Part shown: positions 1 to 10,024 of the stretch, piece after piece
Layout of the letters: each line of letters begins with the position of its first letter
How positions within the stretch are numbered: the stretch's first letter is position 1
Assembly: GCA_963711015.1 (NCBI GenBank)
Contig: CAVQCQ010000027.1
Location: 87,015-151,014 of the forward strand
Source of the DNA: an uncultured Actinomycetota bacterium
GTDB taxonomy: Bacteria > Actinomycetota > Actinomycetes > Propionibacteriales > Propionibacteriaceae
DNA length: 64,000 nt
Direction of reading: 5' to 3'
The notes under the pieces: model-generated
What the model was told of the DNA's origin: nothing
The model's database searches: none
The model's input: only the letters and a program-made list of their open reading frames with translations
Program-made: the position numbers and the translations under genes

Positions 1-419
1 ACGTACGCCCCGGTGATCGATGCGGTGCGGGTGCCGCCGTCGGCCTGGAGCACATCGCAGTCCAGCACGATGGTGTTCTCGCCCAGGGCCTTGTAGTCGA
101 TCACAGCGCGCAGGCTTCGCCCGATCAGCCGGCTGATCTCGTGGGTCCGGCCGCCGATCCGCCCCTTCACCGACTCCCGGTCGCTGCGGGTGTTCGTGGC
201 GCGGGGCAGCATCGCGTACTCGCTGGTCACCCAGCCCTGGCCGCTGCCCTTGCGCCATCGAGGCACGCCTTCGGTCACGCTGGCCGCGACCAGCACCCGG
301 GTCTGCCCGTACTCCACCAGTACGGAACCTTCCGCCTGGCCGAGCCAGCCACGGGTGAAGCGCACCTCGCGCAGCTGGTCCGGGCGACGTCCGTCGGCTC
401 GTAGATCCACGGGCCTCAC
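1..419 (-). CDS. rph: ribonuclease PH, N-terminal part (3' end lies beyond window start)
   Basis: Minus-strand translation from GTG at 419 reads [25 protein letters not shown]...[24 protein letters not shown]...[21 protein letters not shown], which carries typical RNase PH motifs. GTGA start/stop overlap with the upstream gene. Not in the ORF track because it runs off the window edge. Confidence 0.9.
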   Translation of the reverse strand, partial: MRPVDLRADGRRPDQLREVRFTRGWLGQAEGSVLVEYGQTRVLVAASVTEGVPRWRKGSGQGWVTSEYAMLPRATNTRSDRESVKGRIGGRTHEISRLIGRSLRAVIDYKALGENTIVLDCDVLQADGGTRTASITGAY

Positions 420-1210
420 CCTATGTGCCAGACTCCGCCAGTCACCGCCAGGGAGACCGGTCCGTCGAAGTGGGGCGTGGCCTCGGCCAGCACCTGGTCG
501 GGGTCGTGCCAGGGCGGGATATGGGTGAGCAGGACCGCGCCGACTCCCGCCGCCGCGCCGGCCTCGGCGGCCTGCCGCCCGGTCAGGTGCAGGCCCCGCG
601 GGTTGTTCGAGCCGTCGAGGAACGCCGCCTCCGCCAGCAGCAGGTCGGCACCCCGGGCCAGCTCCACCAGCGCGGCACACGGGCCGGTGTCGCCGGAGAA
701 GACCATGGCGCCTCCGCTCGGGATGTTCTCGGTGACGCGCACCGCGTACGCCTCCACGGGGTGGTCGACCAGCACGGTCTCTATGGTGAACGGGCCGACC
801 TGTTGGCGAGGCTGCCATACGGCGAAGTCGAAGTGCTGGTCGATGCCGGGCACGGGCTCGCGACCGGCATCGGACACCAGGGCCACGTCGTACGCGCGGG
901 CCAGCCGCTGCGGTGTGCCGGCCGGTCCGAACAGCGGGCGGCGGGGCCAGGGTGCGGTCGGCGAGTAGCAGGCGGCGACGTAGTAGCCGCACAGGTCGAG
1001 GCAATGATCCGGATGGAGGTGGCTCAGGCCGAGGGCGTCCACCTGGCTCGGATCGAGATAGCGGTAGAGGGCGCCGAAGGCACCGGGCCCCAGGTCGAGA
1101 ATCAGGGAAAAGGTGCGGTCCGCGTACGGAGCCTGGAGCAGGTAGCTGGACGCGGGCGACTCCGGACCGGACATGGAGCCGCTGCAACCGACGATGGTCA
1201 GAGTGATCAT
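416..1210 (-). CDS. MBL-fold metallo-hydrolase (Rv1339-like)
   Basis: 264-aa ORF with the [10 protein letters not shown] metallo-beta-lactamase motif. Sits between murI and rph, as in mycobacteria. Confidence 0.85.
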   Translation of the reverse strand: MITLTIVGCSGSMSGPESPASSYLLQAPYADRTFSLILDLGPGAFGALYRYLDPSQVDALGLSHLHPDHCLDLCGYYVAACYSPTAPWPRRPLFGPAGTPQRLARAYDVALVSDAGREPVPGIDQHFDFAVWQPRQQVGPFTIETVLVDHPVEAYAVRVTENIPSGGAMVFSGDTGPCAALVELARGADLLLAEAAFLDGSNNPRGLHLTGRQAAEAGAAAGVGAVLLTHIPPWHDPDQVLAEATPHFDGPVSLAVTGGVWHIG

Positions 1211-2005
1211 TTACGCGAACTGCTCCACACCGACGACCAGACCGCCCATCAGGCGCGACCCGATCCCCTCGAAGGCGGCCGGGCTGCCGGTGGTCAGGAA
1301 CCGGTGGCTGGCGTAGCGCGGCCGGTCGTGGGTGAGGCCCTGCCGGGTCAGCACGGCGAACAGCTCCTTGGCACACTCCTCGGCGCTGGAGACCAGGCTG
1401 ACGGCGTCGCCGAGGACGTAGGAGATCACGCCGGTGAGCAGCGGGTAGTGGGTGCAGCCGAGGATCAGGGTGTCGATGTCGGCGTCGGCGAGTGGCCGCA
1501 GGTAGTTCTCCGCACAGGCCAACAGCTCGGGTCCACCGGTGATCCCGGCCTCGACGAACTCGACGAAGCGCGGGCAGGCGACGGTGTGCAGCTCGATGTG
1601 GGGCGCGGCGGCGAACGCGTCGTCGTAGGCCTGGGACGTCGCTGTGGCTTCGGTGCAGATCACTCCGACCCGGCCGCTGCGGGTGGCGGCGACCGCGCGC
1701 CGGGCCGCGGGCAGGATCACCTCCACCACCGGCACGGGATAGCGCTCCCGGGCGTCGCGGAGGACGGCGGCGCTGCCGGAGTTGCAGGCGATGACCAGCG
1801 CCTTGACGCCTTGGTCGAGGAGGTGGTCGAGGCACTCCAGGGCGTACTCGCGGACGCTGGCGATCGGCTGCTCCCCATAGGGGGCGCGGGCCGTGTCGCC
1901 CAGGTAGACGATGTCCTCGTTCGGCAGCTGGTCGATCACCGCCCGGGCAACGGTCAGCCCGCCGAACCCGGAGTCGAAGATCCCGATCGGCGCCTCAGTA
2001 TCCAC
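1211..2005 (-). CDS. murI: glutamate racemase
   Basis: 264-aa ORF with [27 protein letters not shown] and GCTHYP motifs. Confidence 0.95.
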   Translation of the reverse strand: MDTEAPIGIFDSGFGGLTVARAVIDQLPNEDIVYLGDTARAPYGEQPIASVREYALECLDHLLDQGVKALVIACNSGSAAVLRDARERYPVPVVEVILPAARRAVAATRSGRVGVICTEATATSQAYDDAFAAAPHIELHTVACPRFVEFVEAGITGGPELLACAENYLRPLADADIDTLILGCTHYPLLTGVISYVLGDAVSLVSSAEECAKELFAVLTRQGLTHDRPRYASHRFLTTGSPAAFEGIGSRLMGGLVVGVEQFA

Positions 2006-2044
2006 GGCGGCTCAGCCTACTTTGAGTCTGAGAGACTCCAGCTT

Positions 2045-2632
2045 GTGACTATCGACCTGACCCCACCCGTCGCCGAGCTGACCCGGATCGTGTCCGGCGT
2101 CCGCGACGACCAGCTCGACTCCCCGACCCCCAACTCCGGGCGCGACGTCGCTGCCCTGCTCGCCCACGTGCACGGCCTGGCGATCGCCTTCCGGGATGCC
2201 GCGCACAAGATCGAGGGGCCGACCACAACGACCGCACCCACCGATGACGACCTGCAGCTGCCCGAGGACTGGCGCACCTCGATCCCGCAGCGTCTGACCG
2301 AGCTTGCCGCCGCGTGGCAGATCCCGGAGGCGTGGGAGGGGATGAGCCAGGCCGGCGGCATCGCCATGCCCGGCGCCATCACCGGCCTGGTGGCCAACAA
2401 CGAGGTGGTGCTGCACGGCTGGGACCTGGCAAAGGCGACCGGGCAGCCGTACGACGTCGTGCCGGAGAACCTCCAGGCCTCCTGGCAGATGGTCTATGAC
2501 ACCCCGGACGCGCCGGCCGAGGAGCGTAACGGCCTGTTCGGTCCGCGAGTCCCGGTCGCCGACGACGCTCCCCTGCTTGATCGCACCCTCGCGTACGCGG
2601 GCCGGGATGTGAACTGGTCCCCTCCGGGATAG
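2045..2632 (+). CDS. DinB/MDMPI-like metal-binding protein (TIGR03086-like)
   Basis: Only the last ~195 codons of ORF 425..2632 look coding, starting at GTG 2045 (VTIDLTPPVAELTRIVSGVRDDQLDSPTPNSGRDVAALLAHVHG...). The upstream part is antisense shadow of murI and the MBL gene. Confidence 0.6.
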   Translation: MTIDLTPPVAELTRIVSGVRDDQLDSPTPNSGRDVAALLAHVHGLAIAFRDAAHKIEGPTTTTAPTDDDLQLPEDWRTSIPQRLTELAAAWQIPEAWEGMSQAGGIAMPGAITGLVANNEVVLHGWDLAKATGQPYDVVPENLQASWQMVYDTPDAPAEERNGLFGPRVPVADDAPLLDRTLAYAGRDVNWSPPG

Positions 2633-2713
2633 GGCCGCGTGTTGATCACGTGTTGGCAGACGACCATGCGCCAGCGCCAGGACTGTCGCCCTGCCCGACA
2701 ATGAGCTCAGCAG

Positions 2714-3469
2714 CTATCCGGAGAAGACCTTGGCGAGTTTCGCCAGTTGGTTCTCCATCAAGCGGGTCACCGGCCCGAAGTCCTCTCCTTCGGGGTCCTT
2801 ATTCGTGCTTGGCCCGTACGAGATGTGGCTGAAGGCACGACCACTGCGAGCGACCACATAGTGATTTGTACTCAGCAGATTCTTGTGGGCCTTGTCCTGA
2901 TAAAGTCGCTGAGCGTAACTGGCGACGACCTCGTCCGCACCTTTGACGGTGTCAGGACCGTCGGATGTGAGGACAAGGTAGTATCCGTCAGGGGTTTCGT
3001 ACTCGGCGCAGGCCGTCAGATTTTCTCGGTAGCCAGACGTCATGATTGGCCAGTCGGCCTCATTCACAGTGAATAGACTAAACCCGGCGGGTGATCCCGC
3101 TTTCCCCTCCTTGAAGGTTTGGAAGGACGCGGCGACATACTTCACCTCGCTGGTGGCCGTGACGTGTCCGGGGCAGAACTCGTACGCACCGGCATCACCG
3201 TCTTTGGGCGTGGTGTTTCTGGGCTTTTGGTCCTGCACCCACGGTTTCCCTAGGTCCGCCGCGCTCACCTGAGCTTTCTGAAGCTTCGCGTAGTCCTCCT
3301 CCGACGTCGGTGATCTCGGGGTCGCCGAGGCCGAGGTCGACACCGAGGTCGAGGTCGCCGGCGGCGCAGGCTGAGTAGCGGTGGCCGGGGCTCCCGGGGT
3401 CGAACTCCCACCGCAGGCAGCCAATAAACTGCACATCAACAGCGCCAGCCCTGCCGGTGTCCTTTTCAT
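2714..3469 (-). CDS. putative lipoprotein of unknown function
   Basis: 251-aa ORF. N-terminus MKRTPAGLALLMCSLLAACGGSS carries a signal peptide and an LAAC lipobox, followed by a Thr/Ser/Pro-rich linker. The gene and its flanks are visibly more A/T-rich than the surrounding sequence. Confidence 0.7.
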   Translation of the reverse strand: MKRTPAGLALLMCSLLAACGGSSTPGAPATATQPAPPATSTSVSTSASATPRSPTSEEDYAKLQKAQVSAADLGKPWVQDQKPRNTTPKDGDAGAYEFCPGHVTATSEVKYVAASFQTFKEGKAGSPAGFSLFTVNEADWPIMTSGYRENLTACAEYETPDGYYLVLTSDGPDTVKGADEVVASYAQRLYQDKAHKNLLSTNHYVVARSGRAFSHISYGPSTNKDPEGEDFGPVTRLMENQLAKLAKVFSG

Positions 3470-3635
3470 GCGACAACCACATCCTCAAACAATTCAGGGG
3501 CAGGGCGACCACGCAGTCGCACTCTTTCAGTCTTGCATTTTCAATCTGGCCATACGCAGTTAATGAGAAATTAGTTCGCGCGGGTATCCTGGCGGCTCGG
3601 GGCGCTTCCGAGCGCGAGCGAAGAGGTCAAAATAT

Positions 3636-4858
<1,223 letters not shown>

Positions 4859-4916
4859 GACGCCTCTCCTGAGTAGAACTTGCTCAACCTAACGCCCAAC
4901 ACCGGTCACCAGATCA

Positions 4917-5336
4917 CTATTCCGTGACCTCGATGTCCTCCTCGCTGACCTGGCCGTCGAGGATTCGGAAGGAGCGGATGCTGATGGGGCCGTCGCCGCC
5001 CACGGCCTCTGCGGTGGACACCAGGACGTAGTGCGCCTGCGGCTCGGCGGCCAGTGAGACATCGGTCCGGGAGGGATACGCCTCCGTCGCCGTGTGCGAG
5101 TGGTAGACCACCACGATCTCTTCGCCCGCCTCATCCATGGCCCGGTAGAGCTGCAGCTGCTCGGCGGGGTCGAATCGGAAGAACGTGGGCGACCGGTCCG
5201 CATTGATCATCTCCACCAACCGGATCGGGTTGTCACTGCCCTCCGGCCCGACAATGACCCCGCATGCCTCGTCGGGGTGGTCGCGACGGGCATGGGCGAT
5301 CATGGCGTCCACGTGATCGCGAGCGATCTTCAGCAC
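4917..5336 (-). CDS. mec: JAMM/MPN+ metalloprotease Mec
   Basis: AHARRDHPDEACGV and YHSHTATEAYPSRTDV (JAMM motif). Start taken as GTG 5336 (VLKIARDHVDAMIAH). An alternative ATG at 5408 lies inside the tandem repeat. The 375-aa track ORF is read-through of that repeat. Confidence 0.8.
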   Translation of the reverse strand: MLKIARDHVDAMIAHARRDHPDEACGVIVGPEGSDNPIRLVEMINADRSPTFFRFDPAEQLQLYRAMDEAGEEIVVVYHSHTATEAYPSRTDVSLAAEPQAHYVLVSTAEAVGGDGPISIRSFRILDGQVSEEDIEVTE

Positions 5337-5396
5337 GCCGGCCAGGTTAGGTGCTGCGGCATCGGCGCCAATCGACGCGTCGGCTGCTGAGACCGG

Positions 5397-5583
5397 GACG
5401 TTTCCCATCCCCAGCGGCCAAACGACCCGGCCGCGGCGGCGTACCACGGACGTTTCCCATCCCCAGCGGCCAAACGACCCGGCCGCGGCGGCGTACCACG
5501 GACGTTTCCCATCCCCAGCGGCCAAACGACCCGGCCGCGGTGGCGTACCACGGACGTTTCCCATCCCCAGCGGCCAAACGACC
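5397..5583. repeat. 52-bp tandem repeat, 3 full units plus a 31-nt partial unit
   Basis: Unit is GACGTTTCCCATCCCCAGCGGCCAAACGACCCGGCCGCGGCGGCGTACCACG, at 5397-5448, 5449-5500 (identical), 5501-5552 (one C>T at 5541) and 5553-5583 (partial). Intergenic, upstream of mec. Confidence 0.95.
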
Positions 5584-5593
5584 ACGAGGCAAG

Positions 5594-6166
5594 TCAGGCC
5601 GGGGCGATCTCGAGGCGGTCGCAGAGGAACAAGAAGGCCTCGGCGAAGGGCAGCCCTTCGCAGGTCGATCGCAGCTCCGCCCAGTCCAGCTGCTCGCGGA
5701 CGGCGCGGATCGGCGGCAGCATGGCCCCGAAATCGGCGTAGTGCTCCGAGAGCGAATGCAGCTTGGCGACCATGATCGGAGTGGCCGGCAGCACCGGGAT
5801 CCGGATACCCAGTATTTCGACCTCGTCCGCGGAGGCGACCAGGTCGGGCTCCACCGGGATCCCGCGCAGCCGGTGCAGCACGTCGACCAGGCTGTCGTCC
5901 AGCCAGGCCTTGAAGAGCCAGTCCTCCGGCGGCCGCTCGATCCGGAACCCGGCCGCGGCCAGCGAGTCCGCGGCCGCTTCCACCTCGGTCTCGGCAACCA
6001 CGAGGTCGACGTCGTGCTCCGGCTCCGGTGCGCCGTACACCCACAGCGCATAACCGCCACCGAGGGCGAACGGCACGCCGTCGGCCTTGAGTGCCGAGGC
6101 CGAGCGCTTCAGCGCGACCTGTAGCTCCGACTCATCCTCATCCGTCGCGGCGGCGGTCTGGCTCAT
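5594..6166 (-). CDS. nucleotidyltransferase-fold family protein (uncharacterised)
   Basis: 190 codons from ATG 6166 (MSQTAAATDEDE...PFALGGGYALWVYGAPEPEHDVDLVV...). The GG..(n)..DxD pattern is typical of small nucleotidyltransferase folds. The longer track ORF is an unsupported N-terminal extension. Confidence 0.5.
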   Translation of the reverse strand: MSQTAAATDEDESELQVALKRSASALKADGVPFALGGGYALWVYGAPEPEHDVDLVVAETEVEAAADSLAAAGFRIERPPEDWLFKAWLDDSLVDVLHRLRGIPVEPDLVASADEVEILGIRIPVLPATPIMVAKLHSLSEHYADFGAMLPPIRAVREQLDWAELRSTCEGLPFAEAFLFLCDRLEIAPA

Positions 6167-6191
6167 GGGACTGATCGATACCTTTCTGTCC

Positions 6192-6975
6192 ATGCGGTTG
6201 GCGACATTCAACATCCTGCACGGCCGCTCCATCACCGACGGGGTCGTCGACCTGGACCGGCTCCGCGACGCCATCCGCAGCCTGGACGCGGACATCCTCG
6301 CCTTGCAGGAAGTCGACCGCGACCAGCCGCGGTCGCACCTGGCTGACCTGACCGCCGTGGCCGCCGACGCGATGGGTGCGGTCACCCACCGGTTCGCCGC
6401 CGCGCTGGCCGGAACGCCCGGAGCGACCTGGATCGCCGCAACCGAGAACGACGTCCCGGGCACCGCGTCGTACGGCATCGCCCTGCTCTCCCGCTTTCCG
6501 GCCCGCTCCTGGCAGGTGCTGTACCTGCCACGGATCCCGTTCCGGGTCCCGCTCTATCTTCGCGAACCGCGGAAGATGGTCGTGGTCAACGAAGAGCCCC
6601 GGGCCGTGGTGATCGGGCATCTCGACACTCCGCTCGGGCCGCTCGTCGTCGCCAACACCCACCTGTCGTTCGTGCCGGGCTGGGGGCGGTGGCAGCTCCA
6701 GCGGATCCGCCGCGACCTGGCCGGAGTCGCAGGGCCGGTCGTGCTGATGGGCGACCTCAACATGCCGGGCCGCCAGGCCGCCCGGATCACCCGCTACCGC
6801 CCGCTCGGCCGAGCACGCCACCTTCCCGCTGGACGCACCGCACCGCCAGCTGGACCACATCCTGGCTCGCGGCGACCTCGGCCGGGTCATCGCCAGCGCC
6901 GCGCCGCAGCTGCCGCTGTCCGACCACCGCCCACTGGTCGTCGAGCTGGACTCAGCACCACAGGAGCGCCCGTGA
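6192..6975 (+). pseudogene. endonuclease/exonuclease/phosphatase (EEP) family protein, frameshifted near 6805-6810
   Basis: MRLATFNILHGRS...ILALQEVD...ANTHLSF...LMGDLNMPGRQAARITRYRPL in one frame. The family C-terminus AEHATFPLDAPHRQLDHILARGDLG...LPLSDHRPLVVELD continues in the +1 frame and stops at TGA 6973-6975. Confidence 0.8.
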
Positions 6976-9394
6976 TCACCACCGACCACTACGTTCGTTA
7001 CACCGGGTCGACTCGGTCGCCGACACCGCCACCGGGGTGTTGGCGGAACTGCACCGGGAGCAGCTGAGGATCGACGTGGTGCGACCGGACGTCGTGCGGA
7101 TCAAGATCAGCCGCGGCGGAGTCTTCGACGAGACGCCGACGTACGCGGTGTGCGTCGACCCGCTGGCCGAGCCGGTCCCGTTCACCGTCGAGCATGATCA
7201 CGACCGGGTCCGGGTGATCACCGAGGCCTGCACGGTCTCGCTCTGGCTCGACCCGTTCCGGCTCGACGTGCACCGCAGCGACGGTACGCCGGTGATCGAG
7301 ATCGGCCGCCGACGCCGACGGGCGGTACTGGGCGTACGCGACCCTCAACGACGCCTTCACCATTCGCCGCCGCTGCCGGCAGGAGGACGCGATCTTCGGG
7401 CTGGGCGAGAAGTCCGGCCGGCACAACCGCAAGGGCCGCGACTTCACGCTCTGGAACACCGACGTGCTCAACCCGGACAGCACCGCCGAGTTCACCCGCG
7501 ACCTGGACCCGGAGGACCCGCGTGCCGACCGGTTCAGCGTCGAGTTCGACCCGTTCTACGTCAGCATCCCGTTCTTCTACCACCAGGACTATCCGGCCGG
7601 CATGATGGCCGGATCCTTCGTGGACAACGGATATCGCGGCAGCTACGAGTTCAGTCCCGACCGAGGAGTACCGGATCAGCTTCGCCGGCGGGCAGTACAC
7701 CGAGTACGTCTTCGCCGGCCCGGACATGCCGGCCATCCTGTCCGCGTACACCTGGCTGACCGGGCCGGATGGCGGCACCGCCGCTGTGGTCGCTCGGCTA
7801 CCACCAGTGCCGCTGGTTCGACTACACCGCCGACGCGGTGGAGCAGATCGCGCAGCGTCATCGCGAGCTCGACGTGCCGTGCGATGCGCTCTGGCTCGAC
7901 ATCGAGTACATGGACGGCTACCGGGTCTTCACCTGGAACGCCGACCGCTTCCCGGATCCACGGGCCTTGCTGGAGCGCCTGGCCGCGCTCGGCTTCCGGG
8001 TGATCACGATCATCGACCCGGGCGTCAAGTTCGATCCCGGCTATGACGGTCTTCGACTCCGGGCTCGAGCGGGACGTCTTCTGCCGGACCGAGGGAGGGG
8101 ACGTCTACCTCGGACAGGTCTGGCCGGGCAACACCGCGTTCCCCGACTTCGTCACCGAGGACGCGCGGACCTGGTGGGGCGAGCTCAACGCGGCGCACGT
8201 GAGGTTCGGACTCGCGGGCATCTGGAACGACATGAACGAGCCGGCCACCGGCGCCATCTCGCCCACGGCGATGCGCTTCGGCCGCGGCGAGTTCGCTCAC
8301 GAGCGCTATCACAACCAGTACGCCCTGCTGATGGCCATGGCGACCACGGCCGGGCTGCGCGAGGCGATGCCGAAGCTGCGCACGTTCGTGCTGTCCCGCG
8401 CCGGCTCTCGCCGGGATCCAGCGGTACGCCGCGAACTGGATGGGCGACAACCTGGCCCGCTGGGACCACCTGCGGCTGAGCATCGCCATGGGTGCCGGGT
8501 TCGGGGTGTCCGGCCAGGCCTTCGTCGGCGCCGACATCGGTGGCTTCGCGGGCAACACAACCCCCGAGCTGTTCCTCCGTTGGATGCAGTACGGGGTTCT
8601 CACGCCCGTTCTGCCGCAACCACTCCGAGATCGGCAACGTCGACCAGTACGCCTGGAGCTTCGGCGAGGTCATCGGGCAGCACGTCCGCACCGCCATCCG
8701 GTTGCGTTACCGGCTGCTGCCCTACCTGTACGCGTGCTTCCTGACCGCGACCGAGACCGGCGCACCGGTGCAGCGGCCGCTGGTGTTCGACTATCAGTAC
8801 GACGGCGCGGTACGGGACGTGGACAACGAGTACCTGCTCGGGCCGGACCTGCTGGTCGCCCCGGTGACCGAGCCCGGGATGACGGCCCGCCAGGTGTACC
8901 TGCCAGCCGGCGACTGGTACGACTGGCACTCCGACACACCAGTCGGCGGCGCCCGATACCTGACCGCTCCGACGCCCATGGACCAGATCCCGCTCTACGC
9001 CCGCGGTGGGGCGGTGATCCCGATGTGGCCAGAGGCTCCGGCCTCGACGCTCGGCTATCGGCCCACCTCGATCGAGCTGCACGTCTTCGTGCCGCAGGCC
9101 GACGGCGCGTACGCCTCGACGCTGGCCGAGGACGACGGCCTGACCACTGCCCTGCTGGACGGGGCCTGCTACCGGACCACCTTCGAGGTCGGGCGCGCGG
9201 GCAGCACCGTGGTGCTCCGTGCCGAGACGACGGGGAACGGTTTCGCCGAGTTCGCGCGGGAGCGCTTCGTGCTGGTGCTGCACGGCGCGCGGCCGGCAAC
9301 GATCCATGTCGATGGCGCAGAGATCGCTGGGCAGGACGGCCGCTTCGAGCTGGCAAACGCCGGAGCCGGCTTCGTGGCTGAGTTCGACGTGTGA
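6972..9394 (+). pseudogene. glycoside hydrolase family 31 alpha-glucosidase, disrupted by seven frame changes
   Basis: GH31-like sequence is spread over track ORFs 6087, 6689, 7464, 7726, 7769, 8043, 8440 and 8492, with junctions near 7007, 7304, 7658, 7765, 8041, 8408 and 8608. Motifs are retained: PPLWSLGYHQCRW, GIWNDMNEP, GADIGGF, RNHSEIG. Confidence 0.85.
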
Positions 9395-9909
9395 GCCTGC
9401 TTGTACGCCTGGCCCGGCCCGACGAGTACGCGGCGGTCGGCGCGATCACCGCCGCGGCGTACCGCGCCGACCGCCTGCTGGACTCGCCCGAGCACCCGGT
9501 GGAGCGCGGCTACGAGGCCCGGCTGCTCGACGCCGGGCGGCGAGCCCGGGAGGCCGAGCTCTGGGTCGCCGTCGAGGACGTGGGCGGCAAGGACGAGCTG
9601 CTCGGCACCGTCACCTGGTGCCCCGTCGGGTCACCCTGGCGGCAGCTGGCTCAGCGTGACGACCAGGCCGAGTTCCGGATGCTGGCGGTCGCTCCGGCCG
9701 GGCGACGGCGCGGGATCGGCCGGCGAGTCGTCGAGGCCTGCCTGGAGCGGGCTCATCAGGACGTCATGCGCGAAGTGGTGCTGTGGTCGCACCCGCTCAT
9801 GTTCGGGGCTCACGCGCTCTACCGGGCGATGGGTTTCGACCGCGCCTACGACCTCGACGGCAGCCCCGCCCCCGGCGTCACGCTCTGGGGCTTCCGCCTC
9901 ACTCTCTGA
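9391..9909 (+). CDS. GNAT family N-acetyltransferase
   Basis: 172-aa ORF. FRMLAVAPAGRRRGIGRRVVEACLERA is the acetyl-CoA binding motif. The GTG start overlaps the GH31 stop. Confidence 0.85.
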   Translation: MSLLVRLARPDEYAAVGAITAAAYRADRLLDSPEHPVERGYEARLLDAGRRAREAELWVAVEDVGGKDELLGTVTWCPVGSPWRQLAQRDDQAEFRMLAVAPAGRRRGIGRRVVEACLERAHQDVMREVVLWSHPLMFGAHALYRAMGFDRAYDLDGSPAPGVTLWGFRLTL

Positions 9910-10024
9910 CACTTGCCGCTCGCCAGGTCGACAGCCCAAGGCCTAGTCTGTGGCTTGCACGCCCCTGCACTCGCTGGTCTGTCAGTCCTCGCATCTTCCT
10001 AGCTCAAAACGCAGGAGCCCGGCC

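Noticed and set aside
425-2632. 735-aa plus-strand ORF spanning the MBL and murI loci
   Set aside because: Most of it is antisense to two well-supported minus-strand genes and is Arg/Gly/Ala-rich, as expected for shadow ORFs in high-GC DNA. Only the last ~195 codons (2045-2632) resemble a real family.
3594-3613. Hairpin GCTCGG-GGCGCTT-CCGAGC followed by CGCGAGCGAAGAGG, as a possible third copy of the 77-nt element
   Set aside because: It shares only short strings (CGCGAG, a GC hairpin) with the element. There is no gap-free alignment, and the conserved flanks and the CGGACGCAGCG tail are missing. It may simply be a weak terminator after cysM.
5397-5583. Possible CRISPR array
   Set aside because: The units are directly abutting 52-mers with identical content. 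There are no unique spacers, and no cas genes nearby.
4917-6044. 375-aa minus-strand ORF extending mec upstream through the repeat and into the next gene
   Set aside because: The extension reads through a 52-bp tandem repeat, whose unit is not a multiple of 3 so the peptide changes frame each unit. It also overlaps the nucleotidyltransferase-like gene out of frame. The Mec homology begins only near 5336.
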